From the IMG/VR virus record IMGVR_UViG_3300028914_000059, positions 116,071 through 180,070 of that record: a stretch of DNA of 64,000 bases. One strand, written 5' to 3'. A model generated the notes under the pieces. The model saw only the letters and a list, made by a program, of their open reading frames with translations. It was not told where the DNA came from and did not search any database. The stretch's first letter is position 1. The number at the start of each line of letters is the position of its first letter. Position numbers and translations under genes: made by a program. Shown here piece after piece: positions 46,893 to 56,967 of this stretch. This DNA is from a virus (taxonomy: Duplodnaviria > Caudoviricetes).

Positions 46893-47603
46893 ATGGCTGA
46901 AATGACTGAAATCTCCGCCCAAGGTCTTTGGAGACAGATGGGGTTCTTCACCCCTGACTGGCTCGGAGATAACAAAGTTCACATTGTAGGAGTCGGCGCC
47001 ACAGGCTCCCACATTGCAGATACTCTAGCCTCCATGGGTATCAGAAACCTTGAGGTCTATGATTTCGATAAGGTAGAGGAACATAATCTACCGAATCAGA
47101 TTTATGAGCTGCGTGATATCGACACCCTCAAAGTAGATGCTCTTAAGCGTCATATAAAAGAAAAGATGGGTTATGATATCATCACGCATAATGAGAAGGT
47201 CGAAAAAATAGAAAACCTCAAGGGCTACCTGGTTCTCTGTACTGACAGCATGGCTGTCCAGAAGCAGATACTGTTAAGCAGTGGAGCCAGAAACCCGGAC
47301 TGCCTCGGGGTGATCGAAACTCGCATGGGTATAGATCAGGGCAGAGTATACTTTTTTGACCCCCGCCTAAAAGGACACTTGAAAAAGTGGGGTGAAAGAT
47401 GGTATAGTGATGAAGAAGCAGGAGAATCTCCATGTACGTTGAGAGCAATATCAATGACAGCAAAAATGATAGCAGGTATTGCCTCAGCGAGGATTATCCT
47501 GGATCAGCGGCGTCTCCACGAAGAAAATTCTGGAGATGTCATAATTTACAATGAAACAATCATTCATTGTAATGGGAAGTCCTTAAACTATGTTTGGGAC
47601 TGA
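46893..47603 (+). CDS. ThiF/E1-like adenylyltransferase
   Basis: GVGATGS, DFDKVEEHNLPNQ, LCTDS; distal SPC candidate catalytic Cys. Confidence 0.92.
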   Translation: MAEMTEISAQGLWRQMGFFTPDWLGDNKVHIVGVGATGSHIADTLASMGIRNLEVYDFDKVEEHNLPNQIYELRDIDTLKVDALKRHIKEKMGYDIITHNEKVEKIENLKGYLVLCTDSMAVQKQILLSSGARNPDCLGVIETRMGIDQGRVYFFDPRLKGHLKKWGERWYSDEEAGESPCTLRAISMTAKMIAGIASARIILDQRRLHEENSGDVIIYNETIIHCNGKSLNYVWD

Positions 47604-47641
47604 GTTCGAAAAAAATAAAATAGTAAAACAGGAGTAAAACA

Positions 47642-47851
47642 ATGAAACATGTTGAAGTAGGTCGCGTTAGTGGTCAAACCGTAGGAATTTATTTGCAGGA
47701 TGGCGAAACTGTAGGAACAGCTTTAGAAAGAGCCGGTATTGAACTTCAAGACAAGGAAGAAATAAGTATCGACGGTAATAAAGTTTCTACTTCCTATGTT
47801 CCTGACGATCACGACAACATCGTTATAACCATGCAGGTAAAAGGTAACTGA
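47642..47851 (+). CDS. ubiquitin-like (beta-grasp) protein
   Basis: 69 aa, GETVGTAL...IDG...DNIVI pattern, ends VKGN. Confidence 0.8.
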   Translation: MKHVEVGRVSGQTVGIYLQDGETVGTALERAGIELQDKEEISIDGNKVSTSYVPDDHDNIVITMQVKGN

Positions 47852-47910
47852 TAATCCTTTCAAACAGCTAGAATAAAAGCCCGGGCTAAATGCCTGGGCC
47901 TCTAAATTGA

Positions 47911-47944
47911 GAAGGGTCCCTGAGAAGGACCCTTTTCTTTACCT
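47911..47944. terminator. terminator between convergent operons
   Basis: GAAGGGTCC/GGACCCTTTTC hairpin followed by TTTACCT. Confidence 0.75.
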
Positions 47945-47949
47945 GGTAA

Positions 47950-50778
47950 TTATTTTTCCTGATTTACTCCGGCGCCTAGATATGCACATGAAACATTATC
48001 TGGCAGGTAACAGGCTATACCGGATATTTCCAGGTAGTCATCCGAAGATCTGGATACTGAAGTTCCATCCACTTTGTACCAGGTATATGACATCTGGAAC
48101 GGGTTGACTACATGAGTAGCACCTAAACTGTGCAGATATTCTATCAGTTCGGATTCTTTAAGAACCCCATCTCCTGTTATATTAAAGATGAAATTTCTTA
48201 CCATAGCAACCAGACCCGGTATTTCAGCATCAGCATAATAACCGAAGCTTAAGGAAACATAAACTGGTTCGTAGTGCTTTATTATTATGTCTGTGCAGAT
48301 TACACGGTTAGCATCATCCAGAACGAATCTCTGAATATCTGCCATTTCCGGGACATATTCATAATTAACCTGGAGAGTCTGCCCGACATAAGCCGGATCT
48401 ATATGCAAATTTAATGATTCATATGTAGAGAATCTGGTGTTAGCTGATTCACTCTGGAGCTCCCACTTATTTTTAGGTAAATATATTCCAGTAGTATCCT
48501 GAGTCAGTTTGTCAATAAGTTCTATTGATGTTATCCTCAGTACCGGGATATCACCCCAGGTAATACCGTTAATAGGTGTATTTTCTGCGGCATCTTCTAT
48601 AACCATGGAACCGTTAGTAATATTACCTGATTTAATGTAAGTATCGACTTTACCCCCTATGTGATAACCCATTACGGTGTCTCTAAGCATTTCCGGATCA
48701 CCGAAACCTATAGAGACTATATCCTTTATAGAAGAGAACTGTTCTGTAAGAACGTAAGCTATCGAACGCTTGGTAACCAGATCTCTGGTCGTAATAGCCA
48801 TTTTTATTCTTTCATAAAGTTCAGCATTAGATTCAGAAGTGCTTCCACCAGTAAACTGTGTCGGGTTAGTAACAGAAACAACACCTGAAGGCAAGCTCAT
48901 AGTACTTTTAGTTATTTCTCCAGATCTTATATTGTATAAAATACCTTCAGCTCCAGCAGCTGCTGGTATATCCATATAATAAAGTCCATTCTCATAATTA
49001 AGAGACATTTCTTCTGCTGTAATATAAGTACCTATGGTAGTATAGAATTTAAGATTGGCGTTAGTCACAAATTCTATATCAGCAGGAACCATTACTTCCT
49101 GTGGATCATTAAAATATAAGCGAACTACACCAGAGGCATATGAACCAGCTCGTCTGTTAACGAACAAGTTTGCTGCCAACGCATCTGCAGCGTCATTACT
49201 CAACTCAGCCAGATTAGCGAAGCTGAGATTCTTTCTCATTTCTTCCAATTCTGTTACAAAAGGTTTTAGTAGTCCGACAAGAGGTTTAACTGCTATATCC
49301 AGAACAGCAGAACCTTCACGTCCGATATTCATGCTTGGGTCACAAGTTTCCAGCCCTCTACGAATCATACCTTCAATATCTATGTTAGTCATTGGAATAA
49401 ATCTGGATGTTCTTGAAGCTCTGTGCAGCAGTGAGGGTAAATCTGTTGCCTGAATAGTTCTGCTACGTTCGTAAGCACCCACATCCGGGGCGGCGCCTAA
49501 ATATTCTTCACCATAAGTCCTGCCAGCATCTATGCAGGGGGACGTACCAGAAATCATGAAATTACCCCATGGATAGTCATGAAGACCTTCGTACTCAGGA
49601 TTAATTGCTCTTACATATTCTACAACATTTACCTGCCCACCACTCAGAGTGCCGGATAATTCCTCACAGGAATACCATATAATATGATCAAGATATATAA
49701 TTGAAGTCCCGGCAGCATAAAAAGCATAATAACAGTCAGTAACCAGGGTATTTACAACATTGACATTGGCAGATCCGGTAGTCCCGATACCTCTGGTTCG
49801 GCTAGTAACAAATGTTCCCGGGGGATACTCATAGGTATATGTAGTTCCACTGGCAGATATAGAACAGGAATATATGTCGATATCACTGTCTACGACCCTG
49901 ATTCCAGTTCTACATTTATAGAAAGTAGAGTGGGTTATTTTATGTTCCTTAGAGGTATCCTTAACGCCTCGTACTTCTATCCCGATATGACTTTTTGATA
50001 ATTGACAACTATTAAACACAAAGGACGGTACGTAATCACCCTCCCCCTCAACATATATACCTACGGCATTTCCGTCAATATCGTCTGTAAGCACATGGGC
50101 TAGAAACCCATCTATAGTTACTTTTTTTACGTCAGGATATATATGAATAGCATTTAATCTATAGTTGTTAGCCTGGATATCTTTGAATTCACAGGAAAAT
50201 ACTTCGTAATCAGCATTACCCTTTAAAGCTATAATGTCATAATCAGTGTTAAATGAATTGTGCAGCGAAGATGCTATAACAGAAGATACCGAAGATTTAA
50301 CACAGCCATCTAATAAAAACATAGAACCGGTAGAGCCTTCTGGAGCATTAGCCACAGACCATGAAGAATCTATATGACAACCACCGATGGAAAATTTATT
50401 GCAGCTTTCAGCCTTTACAGCATGAAGTATTACGCCACTATCATCTTTACAGGAAGTAAAATTTGCACCCACTAGCCTGCAGTCAGTGCATTCAGAGAAA
50501 GATACAATACTATCAGAAGTCCCAACATTGACTGGTTCCCATACAGCCCTGCTATAAGGTTCTGAACTGGTTGTAAGAAATCTTAAGGTAAGATTGGTCC
50601 TACCTTCAAATACTACAGGGGTATCCTGGAATACTGTTCTGGTATCCGGATTATTCACACGTATTTCGTCACCATCCCCAGCTACGGCAGCTACAAAACT
50701 TAATGTTCTGTAGGGATTGCTGGCAGTGCCGTCACCATTCTGATTGTCACCATGTATAACATCTACATATATATTCAT
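47950..50778 (-). CDS. baseplate J-like wedge protein with N-terminal beta-helix
   Basis: YVD...GD...GDGT...PY.T and SPCIDAG...APDVGAYE flank a beta-helix; C-half has GG...ES..EL..R and G.VD.YI. Confidence 0.8.
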   Translation of the reverse strand: MNIYVDVIHGDNQNGDGTASNPYRTLSFVAAVAGDGDEIRVNNPDTRTVFQDTPVVFEGRTNLTLRFLTTSSEPYSRAVWEPVNVGTSDSIVSFSECTDCRLVGANFTSCKDDSGVILHAVKAESCNKFSIGGCHIDSSWSVANAPEGSTGSMFLLDGCVKSSVSSVIASSLHNSFNTDYDIIALKGNADYEVFSCEFKDIQANNYRLNAIHIYPDVKKVTIDGFLAHVLTDDIDGNAVGIYVEGEGDYVPSFVFNSCQLSKSHIGIEVRGVKDTSKEHKITHSTFYKCRTGIRVVDSDIDIYSCSISASGTTYTYEYPPGTFVTSRTRGIGTTGSANVNVVNTLVTDCYYAFYAAGTSIIYLDHIIWYSCEELSGTLSGGQVNVVEYVRAINPEYEGLHDYPWGNFMISGTSPCIDAGRTYGEEYLGAAPDVGAYERSRTIQATDLPSLLHRASRTSRFIPMTNIDIEGMIRRGLETCDPSMNIGREGSAVLDIAVKPLVGLLKPFVTELEEMRKNLSFANLAELSNDAADALAANLFVNRRAGSYASGVVRLYFNDPQEVMVPADIEFVTNANLKFYTTIGTYITAEEMSLNYENGLYYMDIPAAAGAEGILYNIRSGEITKSTMSLPSGVVSVTNPTQFTGGSTSESNAELYERIKMAITTRDLVTKRSIAYVLTEQFSSIKDIVSIGFGDPEMLRDTVMGYHIGGKVDTYIKSGNITNGSMVIEDAAENTPINGITWGDIPVLRITSIELIDKLTQDTTGIYLPKNKWELQSESANTRFSTYESLNLHIDPAYVGQTLQVNYEYVPEMADIQRFVLDDANRVICTDIIIKHYEPVYVSLSFGYYADAEIPGLVAMVRNFIFNITGDGVLKESELIEYLHSLGATHVVNPFQMSYTWYKVDGTSVSRSSDDYLEISGIACYLPDNVSCAYLGAGVNQEK

Positions 50779-50779
50779 A

Positions 50780-51232
50780 TCATCTTATCCTGATTTGATT
50801 TGCTAGATTTACATCGGCACTTTCTCCAGCTACCGAAGTTACCAATATTCTGGCATCTATTCTCTGATCAACATTATTCCAGTTTACAGAGAGGAGAGTC
50901 ATAGATTTAAGACGCTCATCCGCCGGAATGGACTTCCCCGCGGTTTCAGCTTCCTGATTCTGGAAGATATCCTTCTCAGCCTTTCTAACCACCTGTGACA
51001 GGTCAGAAGCTACTCTAGGCATATCTGAAATATAAAGTCCTGATCTGATGTATGCTCTGGCTCCGCCACCATAATTAGGGGCGAAAATATCACTGCCGGC
51101 AGTAGTCAGCACCGTCTTTACGCATAACTGTAAGAGTGCTTCCATCCCCTCTGCCTTTGCAGGCACGGTATTAAATGAAAAAGTAACTCTTCTGGTTATC
51201 GGATGAATAGCTATAACATTAAGATCGGACAT
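50780..51232 (-). CDS. gp25-like baseplate wedge subunit
   Basis: LT..GS..F.P.YG motif; adjacent to baseplate J-like gene. Confidence 0.75.
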   Translation of the reverse strand: MSDLNVIAIHPITRRVTFSFNTVPAKAEGMEALLQLCVKTVLTTAGSDIFAPNYGGGARAYIRSGLYISDMPRVASDLSQVVRKAEKDIFQNQEAETAGKSIPADERLKSMTLLSVNWNNVDQRIDARILVTSVAGESADVNLANQIRIR

Positions 51233-51234
51233 AG

Positions 51235-53202
51235 TTAACTCCCTAAAGCTCTACTCTTATTTATAGCTTTATCTTTATTCTTTTTCAACTCTGCCTCGGT
51301 CTTAGCTTCCTGAATACTTTTATCATTAGCCTCCTGCTTAGCCAGTTCTTTAGTTTCTGCACCATCTAAATAAGACATAATAGCATGTAGTGTAGCACTC
51401 TCCTTCAGGGTCATATTCTGCATCTGAGGAATAGTAGAAGCCACGGACTTCCTGAAAATACCGGAAAGGGTTAGTTGCTCTCTATCTAGAACACAATTAA
51501 GATATTGGTTAAGATCAGCATTACCTAGAGCTTTAGCTGCAGATGGGGATACTGATTTTATAACATCCATTATAGTGCCTACATCACTAGGTATCTTAGG
51601 GTTAAATACACCTAACAAACCATCCACATCTGTAATAGCTTTATTAGTTGCATTTCTCTGGGCATCAACAATGCCTCTGACCTGAGCTAGAACATTGCTG
51701 GTATCACGACAGAAATTCCGTATACTGTCTACCTTACTCATATCTGGCATGGGGAGCACAGACCTTATAGAGGCCAGTGAAGTATCTATACCTGAAGTAA
51801 CCCTGTCAAGAATCCAGTTCTGCCATTCCAGCTGCGGTTGCTGACTTGCAGGATGCTCATAGGACATAGAATCTTTATTAGGCATATTAGAAGTATCTTT
51901 GACATATTTACCTGGATTAAGTACGAAAGCATCAAGTACTAATGATTTTATAGCTGAGGCTACCTTTGCCCCATTTTCCACTTTCCCCCACCCGGCATAC
52001 ATAGTATCTTTCAAATCCGTTATGGCTTTAGTAAAATTATCCAGACGCTTATTTTCTGGTAAAGCTTTATCCAACAACTGAGCAGGAACTCCATCAAGTT
52101 TAACTTTTCCAAGAATAACTATAGAAGCTACCAGAGTATCACGTATTTTTCTGTAGCATCTCTGAAACTCACTGGAGTTGGATTTAGCAGATCTGAGTTT
52201 TTCTGCATAAGTATCTATAATATTAAGATTATCATAAAGTTCCTGCCATTGAATATTCCTGGTCTCTTCAGTATATTTTTCAACACAGTCGATAAATCCA
52301 TCACACATAGTTACCATGCGATCAATATTTTCATCCAGAGATCTGAGATAATCTCCTACCTGCTCTGATCTGGCCTGTATAGTTGCTCCATAGGTCCCAT
52401 CATTTACACCAAATACAGGAGTAAGCTCTATCGGTGGATCTACTATAGTATCTTCTGTGCCAAAAAATGTAGCTGCTAAACCTGATTCCATGGCTACTGC
52501 ATATTTAGCTTCCAATGGATCAGTAAATAGGGATAACAACCTCTTCAATCTTGCGTCTGACGGTTGTTTAACATGCTCACTTAAAGCAGTTTGTAGAGCC
52601 GAAAGTTCTTCTTTGCCAGATACTACACAGGTGTTTACTTTACCTAACCACTCATTCAGATACTTATCGGCTTTATCCCTGGTTAAATATTTTGCTGTAG
52701 AAAGCAGGAACTGTTCGGTATCAAAAGTAGTGTTATAAATCAAATCACATACAAGATTTACTGCTTTGTTTGCTGCTGTAAGTTTACCTAAAAGACCTTC
52801 CTTGCCGGAGCACATGAACGCTTCTCTAAACTGATGGGCCTGGTCAGATAACATAACCAGTTCATTAGCAGATAAAAATCTTTTATATAAGATGTCCTTA
52901 CCTTCTTTTCTAGAGGCTGGGGCCCCCAGCTCTAGGAAAGTAGCAGCGAAGTCGTCTTTAAGAGAGCCAAAATCATCAATAAGGCTCTTAGCCATATTTA
53001 AGGTATCTGTGATACCTAATTTCTGTAAAGCTTTGGCAGCAGTACTCTTAGCAAGTTCTTTGGCCTTATCCTTTAACAAAGAGACACCCTTGCTTAAAGA
53101 AATGGATTTAGTTACTTCTTTAACTTTATCCATTCTGGTGATGTCTAGCTGAACTGCCTGTTTAAATGCCGATTTAGCCTGGGCTATAGCTTCATTAGCC
53201 AT
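51235..53202 (-). CDS. helical protein of unknown function, probably virion-associated
   Basis: 655 aa within tail operon. Confidence 0.75.
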   Translation of the reverse strand: MANEAIAQAKSAFKQAVQLDITRMDKVKEVTKSISLSKGVSLLKDKAKELAKSTAAKALQKLGITDTLNMAKSLIDDFGSLKDDFAATFLELGAPASRKEGKDILYKRFLSANELVMLSDQAHQFREAFMCSGKEGLLGKLTAANKAVNLVCDLIYNTTFDTEQFLLSTAKYLTRDKADKYLNEWLGKVNTCVVSGKEELSALQTALSEHVKQPSDARLKRLLSLFTDPLEAKYAVAMESGLAATFFGTEDTIVDPPIELTPVFGVNDGTYGATIQARSEQVGDYLRSLDENIDRMVTMCDGFIDCVEKYTEETRNIQWQELYDNLNIIDTYAEKLRSAKSNSSEFQRCYRKIRDTLVASIVILGKVKLDGVPAQLLDKALPENKRLDNFTKAITDLKDTMYAGWGKVENGAKVASAIKSLVLDAFVLNPGKYVKDTSNMPNKDSMSYEHPASQQPQLEWQNWILDRVTSGIDTSLASIRSVLPMPDMSKVDSIRNFCRDTSNVLAQVRGIVDAQRNATNKAITDVDGLLGVFNPKIPSDVGTIMDVIKSVSPSAAKALGNADLNQYLNCVLDREQLTLSGIFRKSVASTIPQMQNMTLKESATLHAIMSYLDGAETKELAKQEANDKSIQEAKTEAELKKNKDKAINKSRALGS

Positions 53203-53910
53203 TTAATACCCCCTCAAAGCACCGCTGCTTTTAAGCCTACCAGCTATCTTATTTTTTACCTGTACAACATAACTTGGACTGACATGAAGCTTCATTGCTA
53301 TTTCCTGGTTAGATAAAGAGGGCTTACCTTCAAGACCATAAATATACTCCATAACTTCCTTTTCGGTACCGGCTAATTCGGCATGAAGAAGGATAATGTT
53401 ATCATCTAGTTCTGAAGCATTACTATCAAAAATATTAGTATAGTTACTATCCTGAATGAGATCCTGGCGCAATTCTTTACTCAGCAATTTAAGCTGTTTA
53501 ACTGGAACTTTCATTTCATCAGCTATCTCATTATATGTAGGCGGTCTGCCAAGTTCATTTTCAAGATTATCCTTTATACGATTAAACTTACCTATCTGGA
53601 TAATTCTAGGTTCTGGTATAGTCCCCATGTTCTGATGGTTATAGACATATCTATGGAGCTTCTGACCGGCGGTGTTATATATGAATGTATTCAACTGAGA
53701 CTTATCAGGGTCATAGTTTGGCAGATTGTCTATAGTAAGCTTTATCATCTGGGCCTTGATAGCAGAACGCGGTAGGTTACCAGTCATTTTGTTAACATGA
53801 GTTTCTATAATAGGATTAAGTGAAGTCAATAATGGCTTCAGAGTGTTGTTACCAGGGTTGGCTTTCCAAGCTTTCCAGAGCTCTACTTCTTTTTGTTTAT
53901 TTTCATCCAT
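53203..53910 (-). CDS. sigma-70 family sigma factor
   Basis: YDP.K...TF (region 2), LENELGRPPT..EIA (region 3), E..V....YGL.....S..EIA..L.VS (region 4). Confidence 0.85.
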   Translation of the reverse strand: MDENKQKEVELWKAWKANPGNNTLKPLLTSLNPIIETHVNKMTGNLPRSAIKAQMIKLTIDNLPNYDPDKSQLNTFIYNTAGQKLHRYVYNHQNMGTIPEPRIIQIGKFNRIKDNLENELGRPPTYNEIADEMKVPVKQLKLLSKELRQDLIQDSNYTNIFDSNASELDDNIILLHAELAGTEKEVMEYIYGLEGKPSLSNQEIAMKLHVSPSYVVQVKNKIAGRLKSSGALRGY

Positions 53911-53930
53911 TATTGAATTTCTCCTTTATA

Positions 53931-56900
53931 TTAAAAAGACACTGCATGGTTGTAACTCGTTGGTGATTCCTCATTAACCTCTGCTTTAGTGAGAGCGGCG
54001 TGTACTTCTGGCTCTAATTCCCATAAAACTGATAGTGGAGAATAACATCGTTTACCATCATTAATTTCAAAATGTAAATGGGGGCTTGAACTGCGTCCAG
54101 TATTACCCAGCTCCGCAATGACCTGACCCTTAGTAACCTGAGTACCTACTGTGATATTAGGCTTTATTGTCCTTAAATGAGCATATATATAAACAAGTTT
54201 ACCTGTTTTTATATATAATCTTAAACCATAACCCTCGCCATAATTTTTTGGGTTCTGATACCCCATTCTAACTACAATACCTGAGGTTGCACTAGTTATT
54301 TGCATACCCGGATCTCCCCCAATGTCTACTCCATGGTGGGTTGGGCTCTTAGCATAATTTCTAGGACCAAAGGCAGACGATATATGGCCCCCCTTCACTA
54401 GAACAGTAGTGCGTTTCTTCATAATCTTCTTCCAGGGTATCTTGCCTTCAGCAAAGCCGCTACTTGTTGACGGTGTACTGGATGTATCAGTATTTGTAGC
54501 ACTATAATTTTCTACCCCAGAAGCCACTCCCATATCTGGTATATCTTCTCTAGGACTAACCACCAAATCTTCATCTCTACCATCTTCTACAAGAATACCG
54601 CCGATAAGACCACTAACTGTTCCTCTATATACAGCTTGGACATAATCCAATACTATTTTTTGTTTATCTATAGTGGTATGCAGCATGGTGACACCGTCTG
54701 CATTTACTTCCCCAACACTATCCTTACCGTTTCCACCGTTATATGGAGCAAACACTCCACCTGTAGTGGCTGCTTTCCACACTTTAATGGCGGAGCTGTC
54801 CCATGTCTGAAATTCCGGAGTACATTCATATATATTCTGAAAATAGTCTTCCATAGATATATGTGATTTCCTGGAGCGGTAGTCATTCACAAATAAGAGT
54901 TTATCTGGAGCTTTGTTATATCTATTAACTATAGCGGCTGTTAATTTTGCTGTTTTATATGTTATTTCATTTACACCATCAAAAGTTACATTTTCATCAT
55001 CATATATAGAACCACATCCAAATAGTTCCTGATAGACCATGGGGCCAATGTTTTCAACGCTGATATTATCGGCATTAATCCAAGTTGGGGGTTGTGGAAT
55101 AGTATCCATTCCGTTAAATATCATCTTAGGGTAAGCAATAGAGGCTTGACACCCTACTTGACCATCCGGGGTTACTGAATACGTATAGTTTTCCAGAATA
55201 CCGTGGATAGAAAATACATCATCAACTAAAAGTATAGGCATACCGACAGCCATATCGTCAGTGAGAGAACAAGTAACAGTACAACTTCTAGTCCCGAATT
55301 TAGACATCGAATGTATAAAATTAGCTAAAGAAGCCTGGACCTCAACTGAAGCAAATGACAATGGGTAAAACGGTATCTGAGCCACGTTAGGTACTACACC
55401 GCACATAGCTTCTTCTTCAGTAAGAACATTGAAAGCCTTCTCTGAATTTTCTATAGCTTCAGTTATAGCATTTTTCAGAGCATCACCCTTCTTTGGCTCA
55501 TCCTTACTATAGCTATCTTCATGAAACAGCAAGGCAGTTGTCTGAGCCAGAAATGGGTCTGTAGTATCTGCTATATAAGCAGCCGAAGATGCCATTGCTA
55601 CATTAGGATCACTTAATTCCGCTTCTGGATTCATAAGAACACTTGGTCGTTCCAGAGCTGGTGGGTAGGAAACAATACTTCTTGTTGGTTCTGTCCAGGC
55701 ATTAAAATTTAATGATATCCCATTGTACATATTAGGAAACAGGACATTGCACTTCGGTGGAATGCAGGAAGTCATCTCAGGGTGGAAGCAGATAGATCTA
55801 TCAACTTTTAATGGGTCTACAGATACTTTACAGAAAAACATATCCATCATCTTAGATATAAGGCCATATAAAGGGAACGAAGCGTGCTGCTGTCCAATCA
55901 TATCTTCTGCCATTCTTAAAATAGCCTGTCCGAAATTATATTCTGTCCCCTGTTGTTCGGAGGGCTTCATTTCCTTAGTATCTGTTTTAGTATTTTCATA
56001 GGCATATATTTTAAACTGATCTGTTCTAAAGACTGGCATAGCATACATCTGTTGATATACATGCAACTGCTCATATTCACGTTTTAAATAATCATCGGAG
56101 TTTTCATATGCAGTAGCTAACACTTCCTTAAAAGCGGACAGCGGATTAGGTTCTCCCTCAGCTGTTGTTATATTTTTTCCGGCGTCTATCCCAGCCAGAG
56201 CTCGTTGAAATACACCGTAAATAGTAGTGTAGGAACGTTCTGAATCCTTGATAAATTCTCTGGACATATCTGCCTGCTGATTTCTGGTAGCAGACAACAT
56301 AACGCTAGGAGCAGTATAACCACGCAGCCTTGTGCTGGACGCTATAAACTGAGCAGAAGCAGCATTAATTGCTTTAGTGGTTGCTTCCTGCTGCTGTTTA
56401 TCAATATAATCTTTTTGAGCTTTCTTAGCCTCTGCCATGGCGTCTTGACTTTTCTTGAGATTTTCAGCGCTGTCGGAAGAAGCGTATTCATTCAAAGCCT
56501 CTAAATATTTATCTCTCTTTTCTTTAAATTCTTTTTTAGCATTTGAGACTTCTTTATCTGTTTTTGGAGATCTTAAAGTAGAAGAAACTACCGTAGCAGT
56601 AAATGAATTTCTGTTAACTTCTGAACAGATCATAGTGGCCCATCGGCAATCAACAGAAGCACAATCTATAGATAAATGCCGCTCGCCCATTATTTTAGAA
56701 TAATTTTTAGTAATTAATAGACCGTGAAATCTAAGGAAAGGTTTATCATTATCCTGTTTTTTAAATAAGGCTACTTTCATTCCACGCACTAACAATAAGC
56801 CCTGTGGTAGTGGCGGAATAGTTGCATGCAGTCTGGCGCCGGCATTTACAGACACAGAAACCTGGAGTGAAGATAAGGGAACCCTCACCCCTTCTATAAA

Positions 56901-56936
56901 TAAGAAATATTCTAATAAACTACCTGTTATTCTCAT
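53931..56936 (-). CDS. baseplate hub-like protein with C-terminal M23 peptidase
   Basis: ISS.FG.R, HHGVD, YAHL, G.TG.S..PHLHFE. Confidence 0.8.
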   Translation of the reverse strand: MRITGSLLEYFLFIEGVRVPLSSLQVSVSVNAGARLHATIPPLPQGLLLVRGMKVALFKKQDNDKPFLRFHGLLITKNYSKIMGERHLSIDCASVDCRWATMICSEVNRNSFTATVVSSTLRSPKTDKEVSNAKKEFKEKRDKYLEALNEYASSDSAENLKKSQDAMAEAKKAQKDYIDKQQQEATTKAINAASAQFIASSTRLRGYTAPSVMLSATRNQQADMSREFIKDSERSYTTIYGVFQRALAGIDAGKNITTAEGEPNPLSAFKEVLATAYENSDDYLKREYEQLHVYQQMYAMPVFRTDQFKIYAYENTKTDTKEMKPSEQQGTEYNFGQAILRMAEDMIGQQHASFPLYGLISKMMDMFFCKVSVDPLKVDRSICFHPEMTSCIPPKCNVLFPNMYNGISLNFNAWTEPTRSIVSYPPALERPSVLMNPEAELSDPNVAMASSAAYIADTTDPFLAQTTALLFHEDSYSKDEPKKGDALKNAITEAIENSEKAFNVLTEEEAMCGVVPNVAQIPFYPLSFASVEVQASLANFIHSMSKFGTRSCTVTCSLTDDMAVGMPILLVDDVFSIHGILENYTYSVTPDGQVGCQASIAYPKMIFNGMDTIPQPPTWINADNISVENIGPMVYQELFGCGSIYDDENVTFDGVNEITYKTAKLTAAIVNRYNKAPDKLLFVNDYRSRKSHISMEDYFQNIYECTPEFQTWDSSAIKVWKAATTGGVFAPYNGGNGKDSVGEVNADGVTMLHTTIDKQKIVLDYVQAVYRGTVSGLIGGILVEDGRDEDLVVSPREDIPDMGVASGVENYSATNTDTSSTPSTSSGFAEGKIPWKKIMKKRTTVLVKGGHISSAFGPRNYAKSPTHHGVDIGGDPGMQITSATSGIVVRMGYQNPKNYGEGYGLRLYIKTGKLVYIYAHLRTIKPNITVGTQVTKGQVIAELGNTGRSSSPHLHFEINDGKRCYSPLSVLWELEPEVHAALTKAEVNEESPTSYNHAVSF

Positions 56937-56967
56937 GTCTATATAATATACCTGAAATAATTATGCG

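Noticed and set aside
46893-47851. Plain thiF/thiS or moeB/moaD cofactor genes
   Set aside because: No thiamine, Moco or sulfur-transfer genes nearby; the E1 lacks Zn CxxC pairs; an E2-like gene is adjacent. Not fully excluded
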